A stretch of DNA of 64,000 nucleotides from Spirochaetia bacterium (GTDB taxonomy: Bacteria > Spirochaetota > Spirochaetia > DSM-2461). The notes under the pieces are model-generated. The model had not been told where the DNA came from. It saw only the letters and a list, made by a program, of their open reading frames with translations, and ran no database searches. Shown one piece after another: positions 18,406 to 27,533 of this stretch (position 1 is its first letter; each line of letters begins with the position of its first letter). Position numbers and translations under genes: made by a program. The stretch spans positions 3,008,001 through 3,072,000 of the forward strand of contig OY764216.1 in assembly GCA_963668315.1 (NCBI GenBank). The letters run 5' to 3'.

Positions 18406-19989
18406 ATGAAAAAGCTATTGCTAAGCCTTTGCCTGGTTATATTTGTATCGGCAGTCTGTTTCGCCCAGAACGCTCTTTGGGCGGGAAATGCCGCTCGGGG
18501 AAATGACGATATCTATCCGGCGTCGGTCAGGACGTCGGGAAAAGCGGCGGGTATGTCGCTGGCTCTTCCCGAAGGAACACTGGTTCAGGTTAAAAATCAG
18601 AAAAACGGCCAGACGGTCGATGTCACCATTGTGGCCGGACAGGGAAAACCGGGCATCTTCCTTTTGCTGAATTCCGCGGCTTCCGATGCTCTCGATATTC
18701 ATTCCGGCGAAGTCATCATGGTGGAAATACGGGAAAAAAGCTCCGTAAGCAATCCCTTTCTCGATTACAGCGCCGATCCGGACCGCTTTAAGAAAAGTCT
18801 GAACGACGAAATCGTTTCTCCCCGGCAGAATGACCCCGATAACACGGCAACCGTGGATGTGGAAGGGGAAATGGACAGAATGGGCTACGAAGCGATCGAA
18901 GAATCTGCCGCTGAAGAAGAGCAGCCCGCCCCGGTTGAGGATACACCCGCTGTTGCGGCAGCCGATGAACCGTCCATTCCCGATGATAAGGCCGTAGAAG
19001 CCGAACCCGCCGGGGATACTCTTCTGCTTTCCGTGGATGAAGCCGCTGAAGATACCGAAACCCTGGATGCCGCTCCTGAGAATGAAGAGACAGAGGTCGT
19101 GACCGCTGTTAGGGAAGAGGATATTCCGGAAGAAGAGATAGTTGTTCCGGAAACAGACGGATCCCGGGAGTTTGAAGATATTATTATTGCGGACAGTGAA
19201 GACACCTATGATGCGGTTCTCAACTACGGAGACTCAAAGGAAGAGAAGGCCGAAGAGGTCGCGGTAGAGGAAACAGCCGTTGAAGAGACCCCATCTCCTG
19301 CGGTTGTTGAAGAGCCCGCCGAGAGTGAAGCTGAAGCGGAGGGAACCCCCTTTCTCGCGGAGGATCTGACTCTCAACGATTTAAACGGTCAAGAGGAGAT
19401 ATCCGAGCCGGCTCAACCGGAAGCCGCGCCGGAGGAAAGGGACTCTCCTCCCGTAGATCCGGGACGTGTCATCTACTTTCTGACCCCCGCCGAGCTCAGA
19501 CCTCCAGAACCTGTGGAAGACGAGGAAGCTCCTCTTCCCGTCTGGGAAAAGGATGAGGATTCCCTCTCTCTGACCGCTTCTTCCCCCGAGGCTGGAGAAG
19601 GCGCAGCGGACCTCTCTGAGGGTGATATTCTTATTGCCGATCCCTCTGAAAAAGAGGAAGCAGCGGAAAGTCCGGTCATCGAGCCGGAAATCCACTTCGA
19701 ACCCCAGTATGTTGAGCTGGAGGAACTGGAGAAATTCATCCGGGAGACCCTGGAAGACGGTTCACGTTATGTACAGGTTGCCAGCTTTGGTAGAAAAGAC
19801 TATTCCCTGATTTACGGAAACATGGTGAATCTTCAGAAATCCTTTCCCTATCTGCCTATGATCCTGCTTCCCGTCGAGGGCGAAAGCACTTTGAAGCTTA
19901 TGGTCGGTCCGGTTTCCCGCGATGAAGTGGGCATCCTGCTGTACGCCATGAAAGCCAATGGTTTCGCCGATGCCTTCCTGAACAGGTAG
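18406..19989 (+). CDS. Exported protein: RlpA-like N-domain, acidic linker, C-terminal SPOR domain
   Basis: Signal peptide; LPEGTLVQVKNQKNGQTVDVTIV double-psi-barrel-like; long E/A/P-rich linker; YVQVASF...LMVGP...GFADAF SPOR pattern. Confidence 0.7.
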   Translation: MKKLLLSLCLVIFVSAVCFAQNALWAGNAARGNDDIYPASVRTSGKAAGMSLALPEGTLVQVKNQKNGQTVDVTIVAGQGKPGIFLLLNSAASDALDIHSGEVIMVEIREKSSVSNPFLDYSADPDRFKKSLNDEIVSPRQNDPDNTATVDVEGEMDRMGYEAIEESAAEEEQPAPVEDTPAVAAADEPSIPDDKAVEAEPAGDTLLLSVDEAAEDTETLDAAPENEETEVVTAVREEDIPEEEIVVPETDGSREFEDIIIADSEDTYDAVLNYGDSKEEKAEEVAVEETAVEETPSPAVVEEPAESEAEAEGTPFLAEDLTLNDLNGQEEISEPAQPEAAPEERDSPPVDPGRVIYFLTPAELRPPEPVEDEEAPLPVWEKDEDSLSLTASSPEAGEGAADLSEGDILIADPSEKEEAAESPVIEPEIHFEPQYVELEELEKFIRETLEDGSRYVQVASFGRKDYSLIYGNMVNLQKSFPYLPMILLPVEGESTLKLMVGPVSRDEVGILLYAMKANGFADAFLNR

Positions 19990-19994
19990 CGCCT

Positions 19995-20726
19995 ATGCTG
20001 ACCGAGGAAGAAGCCGTCTCATTTTTGCAGGCCAGAGGCTGGGGGCTTATAACGCCCCAGACTCATCTCATCGACATGGAAGACGATTTCAAGGCCATAT
20101 GGAAGGATATTTCATCCTATACGCTGATCTCCGTGGAAAGGGGATATGCCATCTGTCAGGCCCTTGAGTACCTCGAGAAGAGAGGTATCGGAGGGGACAT
20201 CGTCGAGTGCGGCGTCTGGAAAGGGGGCGCCTGTATGCTGGCGGCCCGCCTGATCCAGGAACGGGGATATATCAAGCGTAAGATCTGGCTTTACGATACC
20301 TTTGAGGGGATGACGGAACCGACCGGGGAAGATATTATTGCCGCCAGCGGCCAGCCTGTTTCCGAAAGGAATCCTAAGGGATGGTGGGCCGTCACCCGGG
20401 AAGAGGTGGCTGGGAATCTGGCCGGAACCGGATACGACGCCGGTTTGATTGAACTGGTGAAAGGGGACGTTTGCGAAACCCTGGAACAGCGTATTCCCTC
20501 TTCCCCTGTCGCTCTTCTCAGACTGGATACGGACTGGTATGAATCTACGAAGAAAGAGATGGACGTGCTTTTTCCCAGGCTGATGCAAGGGGGAGTCCTT
20601 CTCCTGGACGATTACGGTCATTTCCGGGGTGCCGCCAAGGGAGTGGACGAATACTTCCGCAGAAGGGAGATCGTTCCCCTACTGCAGCGTGTTGATTATA
20701 CCGGGAGACTTTATATCAAGGAGTAG
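19995..20726 (+). CDS. TylF/MycF/NovP family O-methyltransferase
   Basis: GDIVECGVWKG, YDTFEGM, LRLDTDWYES, DDYG. Confidence 0.9.
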   Translation: MLTEEEAVSFLQARGWGLITPQTHLIDMEDDFKAIWKDISSYTLISVERGYAICQALEYLEKRGIGGDIVECGVWKGGACMLAARLIQERGYIKRKIWLYDTFEGMTEPTGEDIIAASGQPVSERNPKGWWAVTREEVAGNLAGTGYDAGLIELVKGDVCETLEQRIPSSPVALLRLDTDWYESTKKEMDVLFPRLMQGGVLLLDDYGHFRGAAKGVDEYFRRREIVPLLQRVDYTGRLYIKE

Positions 20727-21218
20727 CTGATCTATCACCTTGAAAAAACCTTCCGATGTAAGATCGGGATAAATCCCTTCCGACGATCCTCTTAGCAGAA
20801 AATTGTGATCCGCAAGGAGTATGGTGGGGTAGTTCATCACCCCCCAGCGGTCGGCGGAACGGTTCTCCCTGTCCTTGTAATCCTCTTCGGAAGGGGACAC
20901 CGTAATGATTGCAAACGGGGCTCCGGCATAGTGTTCCGAAAGTTCTGCCAGATCCTCTTTCAAATCGTTTTCAAAGGGATCGCCCCCGGAAAGAAAGATA
21001 ATGAGCATTATCTGACGGGAAGAGCCGTTAACGGACACCGATTCTCCCGATGGCGAGATGAGCCGTCCCGGAATAAGCGGCTGGGGCTGGGGAAAATAAT
21101 GAAATCCCAGAAGCTCAAGCCGGGAGATATTATCTCTATAGGCGGGACTGTCCGCTTCTGCATAAACCATAAAAGAGGCCAGCAATAGATAAATTACGAT
21201 TAAAATAGGGCGGTTCAT
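20679..21218 (-). CDS. Exported TlpA/thioredoxin-fold-like protein lacking CxxC
   Basis: Signal peptide, SGESVSV...IMLIIF...WGVMNYPTILLAD thioredoxin-like pattern; no Cys in the protein. Confidence 0.5.
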   Translation of the reverse strand: MNRPILIVIYLLLASFMVYAEADSPAYRDNISRLELLGFHYFPQPQPLIPGRLISPSGESVSVNGSSRQIMLIIFLSGGDPFENDLKEDLAELSEHYAGAPFAIITVSPSEEDYKDRENRSADRWGVMNYPTILLADHNFLLRGSSEGIYPDLTSEGFFKVIDQLLLDIKSPGIINTLQ

Positions 21219-21225
21219 AGAAGTA

Positions 21226-21254
21226 ATAATACCAAAAAAAAGGATTTTTTGCAA
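21226..21254 (-). promoter_or_regulatory. Promoter of the TlpA-like gene (leaderless geometry)
   Basis: TTGCAA-N17-TATTAT, 7 nt before ATG 21218. Confidence 0.55.
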
Positions 21255-21303
21255 AAAAAGTATTTTAATAATCAGTGGGTAACGGTATAATTCTCACGTT
21301 GTT

Positions 21304-22413
21304 ATGTGGATATTAATCATTCTATTGATTATGGTAACCGCCTTTTTACTGCTGAACGGTTCAACGGGAAGTGCGAAAAGCTTTCAGATCGTTCAGTTTT
21401 ATTCAAAAGGCAAAGACGCCGGCTTCAAGTGGAGCGAGATCTCTCTGCTCTGGAAAGCGGCTGTTCTCGCCGATGTTGACGTCCCGTCAAAAATTTATTT
21501 TTCCCTCGACGAACTGGATAACTGCATAGATGTTATTACGCGGAAATATGCCGTACTGGATAAGAAGAGTCCCGGCGATCCCGTGATAAAGGAACTTGTG
21601 GGGAAGCTGTTCGATTACCGGAAGAAGGTTGAGTTCAGCAAGCCGCGGTATAAAAGGGGACTGAAGACGACGAGGGACATCCCTCTGAATCAGGTCATGA
21701 AAATACGCACTTCCGAAGCGGGAATCCATACCACCACCGTCTGCGGCAACACCGATACCTACGTGGTCATCAGCTATCCGAAGGGTGAGGCGGTTCCCAT
21801 GGGGTTTACCTGGCGGGGCAGGATCCTTAATTTCTATTTCTGGCGTGATAATGACGCGGGCTACTTTTTTCAGAGCAAACTGCTTGATTCCTACCGGGAT
21901 TCGGATAACAAGTACTTTCGTCTGGCCCATTCGGATTATCTTTTGAGAAGCCAGAAAAGAAAGTCGGTCAGGGCCGATGCCCAGTTCGCAGCCCAGATGT
22001 ACAGGCTTAAATCATCCGCCTCATTCACAAATGAGATCGAGACCAATCCGGGTCTGTTCTGCGTGGTCACCGACATATCCGAAGACGGCGCCGCCGTCAG
22101 GGTAGGGGGACGGGGTAAAAAGGGGATGTCCCTCAAGCTTCAGTTCAAGATAATGAATCAGCTGATCGTTATGAACGGGGTGGTTAAAAGTGTTGATTAC
22201 GATTTTGATAAGGATCAGTCCATCCTCCATATTGAGCTGATGCCCCTGGATGAGTCCAGCCGGTTTGCCGTACTCTCCTATGTTTACGATGTCGACAGGA
22301 GCCGGAAGAGAAAACAGATGGCCCTGGAGGAAAACAAGAGGGAACGTAAGGAGAAAATCGCCGGGGATATGCTGGATATAGAGGAGATCACGGCCGAGGA
22401 AGAATTGGAATAG
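21304..22413 (+). CDS. Membrane-anchored PilZ/YcgR-like (flagellar brake type) protein
   Basis: N-terminal TM, YcgR-N-like region (FWRDNDAGYFF), QKRKSVR and DISEDG c-di-GMP motifs. Confidence 0.8.
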   Translation: MWILIILLIMVTAFLLLNGSTGSAKSFQIVQFYSKGKDAGFKWSEISLLWKAAVLADVDVPSKIYFSLDELDNCIDVITRKYAVLDKKSPGDPVIKELVGKLFDYRKKVEFSKPRYKRGLKTTRDIPLNQVMKIRTSEAGIHTTTVCGNTDTYVVISYPKGEAVPMGFTWRGRILNFYFWRDNDAGYFFQSKLLDSYRDSDNKYFRLAHSDYLLRSQKRKSVRADAQFAAQMYRLKSSASFTNEIETNPGLFCVVTDISEDGAAVRVGGRGKKGMSLKLQFKIMNQLIVMNGVVKSVDYDFDKDQSILHIELMPLDESSRFAVLSYVYDVDRSRKRKQMALEENKRERKEKIAGDMLDIEEITAEEELE

Positions 22414-22471
22414 ACTGTTGTTTTTTCCGGTTTAATTCATTAAAATGTGAGAAATGACGAAAGGAGTCGAG

Positions 22472-23368
22472 ATGAACTTGATTAGGAAAATTTCACCGGT
22501 TTTCGCCGGTATGATGATTTTCGGAATGTTTTATTCCTGTGCCGGCAGTCCTGAAGAAACAGAGACGGTTCAGAAGGAAACCGGTATAGAGGTTACTGAA
22601 AAAAAAGAAACGGTTAAAGAAGCGACCTATGAATCCAGGATGGTGGATATATATAAGGTTTCCAAGGAAAGCTACTTTCTTGACGACGGTTCGGAGAACG
22701 GTTACAAGGAGTATGCTTATGACGAAAGGGGCTTTTTGATTGATATCGCCAATTACCGTGGTTCGGGAGAACTCCTTTTTGAAGAAAAATTCACTCTGAA
22801 CGAGAAAGGGCAGACCGTCAGGTCCGAACTGTATGACAGCGAGGGGCTCACTTCCTATACCGTTTATGCCTATGATGACGAGAATCAGCTCGTTTCGGAA
22901 GAGTATTATAATCACAGGGATGTTTTTCTTTCCGGTTCCCGCTATGACTACGATAACCGGGGGAGGAGGATTCTATGGGAGTCCTTCGACGATAAAAAGA
23001 CTCTCGTTCTTAAATCCGAATACATCTATAAGGGCGATGATCTCACGAAGATCGTGTTTATGACGCCCCTCAACGAAGACGACGGTTCCTATGATTATAC
23101 CTATGAACAGGGTAAGCTAATGAAAGAAGTCAGTATTAATGGAAGCGGAAAAGAGGAGCGGCGCACGGAGTATGAATATTCCGGCGATCAGATCGCCAAG
23201 GAGAAAATATTTCAGCTTGGCCGTCTTTCCCGTGTGAACGAACTGAACTATGACGGTTCGGGCAATATGGTCAATATGGTGACCTACAACCGGTCGCAGA
23301 AACTTCTCGGTCATACAGAATATGAATATATCATGTTCCAGAACGAAGAATCGGTTCTTGTAAATTAG
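22472..23368 (+). CDS. Lipoprotein with YD/RHS-like beta-hairpin repeats
   Basis: Lipobox FYSC; recurring YxYDxxG repeats (EYAYDERG, YAYDDEN, RYDYDNRG, LNYDGSGN); AAGGAG SD. Confidence 0.7.
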   Translation: MNLIRKISPVFAGMMIFGMFYSCAGSPEETETVQKETGIEVTEKKETVKEATYESRMVDIYKVSKESYFLDDGSENGYKEYAYDERGFLIDIANYRGSGELLFEEKFTLNEKGQTVRSELYDSEGLTSYTVYAYDDENQLVSEEYYNHRDVFLSGSRYDYDNRGRRILWESFDDKKTLVLKSEYIYKGDDLTKIVFMTPLNEDDGSYDYTYEQGKLMKEVSINGSGKEERRTEYEYSGDQIAKEKIFQLGRLSRVNELNYDGSGNMVNMVTYNRSQKLLGHTEYEYIMFQNEESVLVN

Positions 23369-23375
23369 GGGGAGA

Positions 23376-24545
23376 ATGATGAAAAAAATCTTGATAATGA
23401 TTATGGTGTCCCTCTCGGTTATTTCCCTGTCCGCAGGAGAAAGGGGAGAAATGTGGTCCCGCCTTTATGCGAGAACCACTTCTGTTGAGCAGAAGGTCAC
23501 CGCCATGGAAAAAATGGTTCAGCTTGATGATCCTTCCCTTGAACTGACTTTTACTTCCGCCCTCGATGATCTTCTGAACGGAGAAATGGTAAAATATGCA
23601 ACCGGACCGATGAGCTATACATGGGAAAAACTGGTACGCATGTCCATGAATGAACTGGCGCAGCTGAACGCCCTCGACGCCGCCTATTTACTGATGCAGG
23701 TCGTCAATGAGTATTCGGGCATTATCAAAGCCGATGCCATCATGGCGCTGGGTGACATGAGAGCTCTGGATTATGCCGGCGACATAGCCATGCTCCTGAG
23801 AAATCTCAATATGAACAACGATCCCGATAAAAGCGCCGCCGAGCTGGAAGCCTATAGTTCTATTTATGCCTTGGGAAAGATGAAGGTCATAGAAGGATAT
23901 TCCCCTGTTTTCTACGCCCATGTCGGTTGGTATTCCCGTCGTACCAGAGGACTTGCCAAGGACGTTCTGGCAAGTATGCTGGAAGATCCCTCAGAGCAGA
24001 TTCTGGAAATTATGAGGGATGCGGATTACAAGAATAAGCTTGTGGCTCTGAATATGGAACTTGAATCTACGGCTCCCGTTGAAGGAAAATCCAAGGTCGT
24101 TCTTTACGCCCTGAAACAGGGAGTGGAGTTATACTCATCCGATCCCGATGATCAGGTAAATCTCTACCAGCTTAGGATTACCGCTCTGACAGCCTGCTAT
24201 CAGATGGGCATCTCCGACCCCGACTCTCTCGTGAATTTGGAAAGAGCCTATCGTGAAGCGGAAAAACTGGAGGAAAAAATCCTAATCGTTCAGGCAGTGG
24301 GAACGAATGGGAGTGATGAAGCCGTGGGGCTTATGTCGGACTGGCTGAATACGTTTCATGAGAAAATGGTAAGCGGTCTGAATCCCAATAACGATGAAAT
24401 CACCCTGATAACCCAGTTGATTTACGGACTGGAGATCTCCGGTAACGAACTGGCGGCTCCCGTATTAAGTGAAATAGAAGTTTACGGCTATTCCAATAAG
24501 ATAAACAGAGCAGCTGCGGCGGCTCTTAAGAAATTACAGCCGTAA
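23376..24545 (+). CDS. Exported HEAT-repeat protein
   Basis: Signal peptide; KADAIMALGDMRA, YALGKM, RAAAAALKKL HEAT-like helices. Confidence 0.7.
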   Translation: MMKKILIMIMVSLSVISLSAGERGEMWSRLYARTTSVEQKVTAMEKMVQLDDPSLELTFTSALDDLLNGEMVKYATGPMSYTWEKLVRMSMNELAQLNALDAAYLLMQVVNEYSGIIKADAIMALGDMRALDYAGDIAMLLRNLNMNNDPDKSAAELEAYSSIYALGKMKVIEGYSPVFYAHVGWYSRRTRGLAKDVLASMLEDPSEQILEIMRDADYKNKLVALNMELESTAPVEGKSKVVLYALKQGVELYSSDPDDQVNLYQLRITALTACYQMGISDPDSLVNLERAYREAEKLEEKILIVQAVGTNGSDEAVGLMSDWLNTFHEKMVSGLNPNNDEITLITQLIYGLEISGNELAAPVLSEIEVYGYSNKINRAAAAALKKLQP

Positions 24546-24562
24546 TTTCCGGTTATTTTCAT

Positions 24563-24599
24563 AAAAAGCCTCTGCCCCAGCGGGTATGAGGCTTTTTTT
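24563..24599 (+). terminator. Terminator-like hairpin overlapping the comEC start codon
   Basis: AAAAAGCCTC-TGCCC-CAGC-GGGTA-T-GAGGCTTTTT(TT). Confidence 0.6.
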
Positions 24600-25830
24600 C
24601 GTTATTATCCTGACTCAATTCCTTCTCCCCCTTTCGGGACACTCTTCCTATATTCCCTTTGCCCTGTATGACCGGGGAGAAGCCGTCCTGACAGAGGATA
24701 TCTTCCCCGGAAGCCGGAAAACACGGATCCGCTGTTTTGCATTGGGGAAGGGGGAGGATATTCGCGGCGGAGCTGATTTTGTCTCCGAAATTTTTCTCCC
24801 CGAAATTAATGAACCCCATTATCGGGGTGAGATTATTAGCTTCCGTACGGAGGAGGGCGGAGGAAGGCGAAGACATATCCTCCTGTTCAGAAAAGGGGAG
24901 TATATGAATGGCCTGAACCGTATCCGGGGAGTGATACTGGAGAGGCTTGAAGAGACGTTTCTTTCCCTGGGATCTCCGGGAATGCTTCTTGAGGCACTTA
25001 TTCTGGGAAAGAAGTACGGAGCGGAATATATGAATGATCTTTTCCGGAACGCCGGTGTCAGCCATCTTCTCGCCCTGTCGGGACTTCATGTCGGACTCGT
25101 CGCCGGTGTTATCTATACCATTTTGAGGCTGTTCGTTCCCTCCCGTTACCGAAATTACGTGACCCTGCTTTTCCTCTCTTTCTATGCGTGGCTTGTGGGG
25201 TTGAATTACTCTTTTCTGCGAGCTGTGGTCATGTTCGGCCTTGTCTCCCTTCTGAAACCGTGGGGAATCAAGCTGTCCCCGCTGAAGCTGCTTCTTTCTT
25301 CCGCGGTACTACAGTCCGTGCTATGGAGCGATTGTCTGACCTCCTGGTCTTTCTGGCTTTCCTATGGGGCCATGGGAGGGATCGTCCTTTTCAGCTCCTT
25401 CTGGCTGCCCCTGTGCAAAAGGATCCTTCCCGATCTGTGCGCCTATCCCCTGGGAGTTTCCCTGGCCGCCCAGACAGCTCTGGTCCCCCTGATTCTCCTG
25501 GGATTCGGAACATTCCGCCCGGCCGGTATTGCGGCAGGTCTTGTCATGACTCCCCTGATTACCTTCTATCTTACCGGCGGGATTGTTCTGCTTCCTCTTC
25601 TCCTGGCGTTCCCGGCCTTTGCCGGGATCTGTTACATACCCTTCCAGGCCGTATACGGAGTGTTGGAAGAAATCAGTCTCATATTCGGACGGTTTCCCTG
25701 CTTTGAATTGTCAAGGCCGTCGGGAAAGATCTTATTATTCCTGTCGATATCTGCTATACTAGGTCTATTAAGTCTATTAATTATAAAGGAAATACAATTT
25801 GTCAGAAAGAATTCTCAAGCTGAATTATGA
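24586..25830 (+). CDS. comEC: ComEC/Rec2 family competence protein (no metallo-beta-lactamase domain)
   Basis: FRNAGVSHLLALSGLHVG, SFLRAVVM, SFWLSY; polytopic membrane protein. Confidence 0.85.
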   Translation: MRLFFVIILTQFLLPLSGHSSYIPFALYDRGEAVLTEDIFPGSRKTRIRCFALGKGEDIRGGADFVSEIFLPEINEPHYRGEIISFRTEEGGGRRRHILLFRKGEYMNGLNRIRGVILERLEETFLSLGSPGMLLEALILGKKYGAEYMNDLFRNAGVSHLLALSGLHVGLVAGVIYTILRLFVPSRYRNYVTLLFLSFYAWLVGLNYSFLRAVVMFGLVSLLKPWGIKLSPLKLLLSSAVLQSVLWSDCLTSWSFWLSYGAMGGIVLFSSFWLPLCKRILPDLCAYPLGVSLAAQTALVPLILLGFGTFRPAGIAAGLVMTPLITFYLTGGIVLLPLLLAFPAFAGICYIPFQAVYGVLEEISLIFGRFPCFELSRPSGKILLFLSISAILGLLSLLIIKEIQFVRKNSQAEL

Positions 25831-26686
25831 CTCCCCCTCGGAAATCAAAGCTCTTCTGGAAATGATGGGGCTCGGTCCCCGGAAAAGATGGGGACAGAAT
25901 TTTCTGATTAACAGCGGTGCCAGGGAAAGAATCGTAAACTGGCTCGATGTAGAGCCGGATCAGATCATCTGGGAGATAGGTCCGGGCCTGGGAGCTCTGA
26001 CATCAATTCTGGTGACGAAAACATCCCGGCTGACTCTCTTTGAAATTGACCCCGGCTACTGCGAATATCTCTCCATGGCATATAAAGAGGAGAATCCGCA
26101 GATTATTCCCGGAGATGTTATGAAAACCTGGCAGAATCAGTATGAGGTGGAGGCACCCGATCGGATTATCGGGAATCTACCTTATAACGCGGCTTCAGCC
26201 ATTATCTCTTCCTTTATAGAAAATGATAAGACGGCGGGCAAAATGGTTTTTACCGTTCAGTCGGAAATGGGCGACAGAATGAAAGCACGGGTCGGAACGA
26301 AAAATTACTCATCCTTTTCCATACTGTGTCAGTTCGGCTGCCAGATAAAAGACAGGGGAGTACTGAGTGCCGGCTCCTTCTATCCGGCTCCTCGGGTCGC
26401 CTCGAGAGTCATGGAGATGGTCCCCCTGGACAGATCGGGTCAAATCGCTGACAGGAAACTTTTTTTTACGCTGGTCAGGGCTATGTTTCAGTCAAGACGA
26501 AAGACCCTGAAGAACAATATAAATACCGCCTGTTCAGCGCGATTCAGCAACTATCCCAAGGAACAGTTGTATCAGGCATTTCTCGATGAGGGGATTCCCC
26601 TGGAAACGAGACCGGAAAGGGTGGAAGTGGAACAGTTCATTGCTGTCGCCAACAGACTCGTATCCCCCCTCTCCTCTGCGCAATAA
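25799..26686 (+). CDS. rsmA: 16S rRNA adenine dimethyltransferase RsmA/KsgA
   Basis: KRWGQNFL, EIGPGLGALT, IGNLPYN, FYPAPRVAS; TTG start. Confidence 0.95.
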   Translation: MSERILKLNYDSPSEIKALLEMMGLGPRKRWGQNFLINSGARERIVNWLDVEPDQIIWEIGPGLGALTSILVTKTSRLTLFEIDPGYCEYLSMAYKEENPQIIPGDVMKTWQNQYEVEAPDRIIGNLPYNAASAIISSFIENDKTAGKMVFTVQSEMGDRMKARVGTKNYSSFSILCQFGCQIKDRGVLSAGSFYPAPRVASRVMEMVPLDRSGQIADRKLFFTLVRAMFQSRRKTLKNNINTACSARFSNYPKEQLYQAFLDEGIPLETRPERVEVEQFIAVANRLVSPLSSAQ

Positions 26687-26699
26687 GAGCCTGATCGGG

Positions 26700-26728
26700 T
26701 TGAGTAAAATCGGGAAATCGGATATTTT
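26700..26728 (+). promoter_or_regulatory. Promoter of membrane-protein gene (leaderless geometry)
   Basis: TTGAGT-N17-TATTTT, 6 nt before ATG 26735; no SD. Confidence 0.45.
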
Positions 26729-26734
26729 CTAATT

Positions 26735-27406
26735 ATGATAGTCTTCTTACTTTTTTCGGTACCCTGCTGGCTTTTATTTCTTAATTCTTTCTTTCAAAAT
26801 GAAGGGATAAGAAAAAGGGATTACTTTATTCCCCTTGGAAAGGGAGCCGTGTATTACGTGGTGGCTCTTCTTGTGTCCTGGTTTGTTTCCGATAAACTGG
26901 TTTTGGGACAGGTTACCCCGATGGGGGTATTCCTATATAATTTCCGTTATTACGGAGGTATGTCCTCCTCTCTGTGGGTCATTATCTATTTTCTCAGCGT
27001 GCTGATTTCGCGGAAAGGTTCTGACGACTATCGGTTAAGAGAGATTATCCTCATGCTGAGCGCCGGTTTTTTCGGGGAGTCCCTTTACCGTACCGTAATA
27101 AGCGAAAGCTGGTACGGGTGGTATGAACTTTTTTTCCTTCCCCTGGGGAATATAGGGATGATTATCCTGCTGGCCGTTATGCTGGTCCGTATGGATCACT
27201 TCTATCTTCCCGGAAAAATACTCCTTTTCTGTCTCTCTCTGATCACTATTTTTATTCATAATATTGTACCGGCGCTTTTTTCTTACAACAGGCCGCTTAT
27301 TGCCTCCATTATAGGTCTTGTCCTTTTTATCGGTTCTTTTTTCGTGTTTACAGCCGAACTGGGGGGGAATCTTCCGGGTGGTTCAGTAAAGTATTATAAA
27401 AAATAG
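26735..27406 (+). CDS. Hypothetical integral membrane protein (about 7 TM)
   Basis: Highly hydrophobic ORF filling the rsmA-flaA gap. Confidence 0.7.
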   Translation: MIVFLLFSVPCWLLFLNSFFQNEGIRKRDYFIPLGKGAVYYVVALLVSWFVSDKLVLGQVTPMGVFLYNFRYYGGMSSSLWVIIYFLSVLISRKGSDDYRLREIILMLSAGFFGESLYRTVISESWYGWYELFFLPLGNIGMIILLAVMLVRMDHFYLPGKILLFCLSLITIFIHNIVPALFSYNRPLIASIIGLVLFIGSFFVFTAELGGNLPGGSVKYYKK

Positions 27407-27454
27407 GGCAGGGGTAAAAAAAATCCTTACGGGGGATGAATTAAAAAAAAACGT

Positions 27455-27483
27455 TTGACACTCTTACCCCTGAGAAATATAAT
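27455..27483 (+). promoter_or_regulatory. Consensus sigma70 promoter of the flaA pair
   Basis: TTGACA-N17-TATAAT, perfect consensus. Confidence 0.85.
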
Positions 27484-27533
27484 TCAACGTAAAGAGAGTA
27501 ATGTTTTCTTTTATATATGTGAAGGAGTTCAGA

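Noticed and set aside
22472..23368. Possible RHS toxin / immunity pair
   Set aside because: Short lipoprotein with no RHS core signature (PxxxxDPxG) or toxin tip; no secretion system genes in the window
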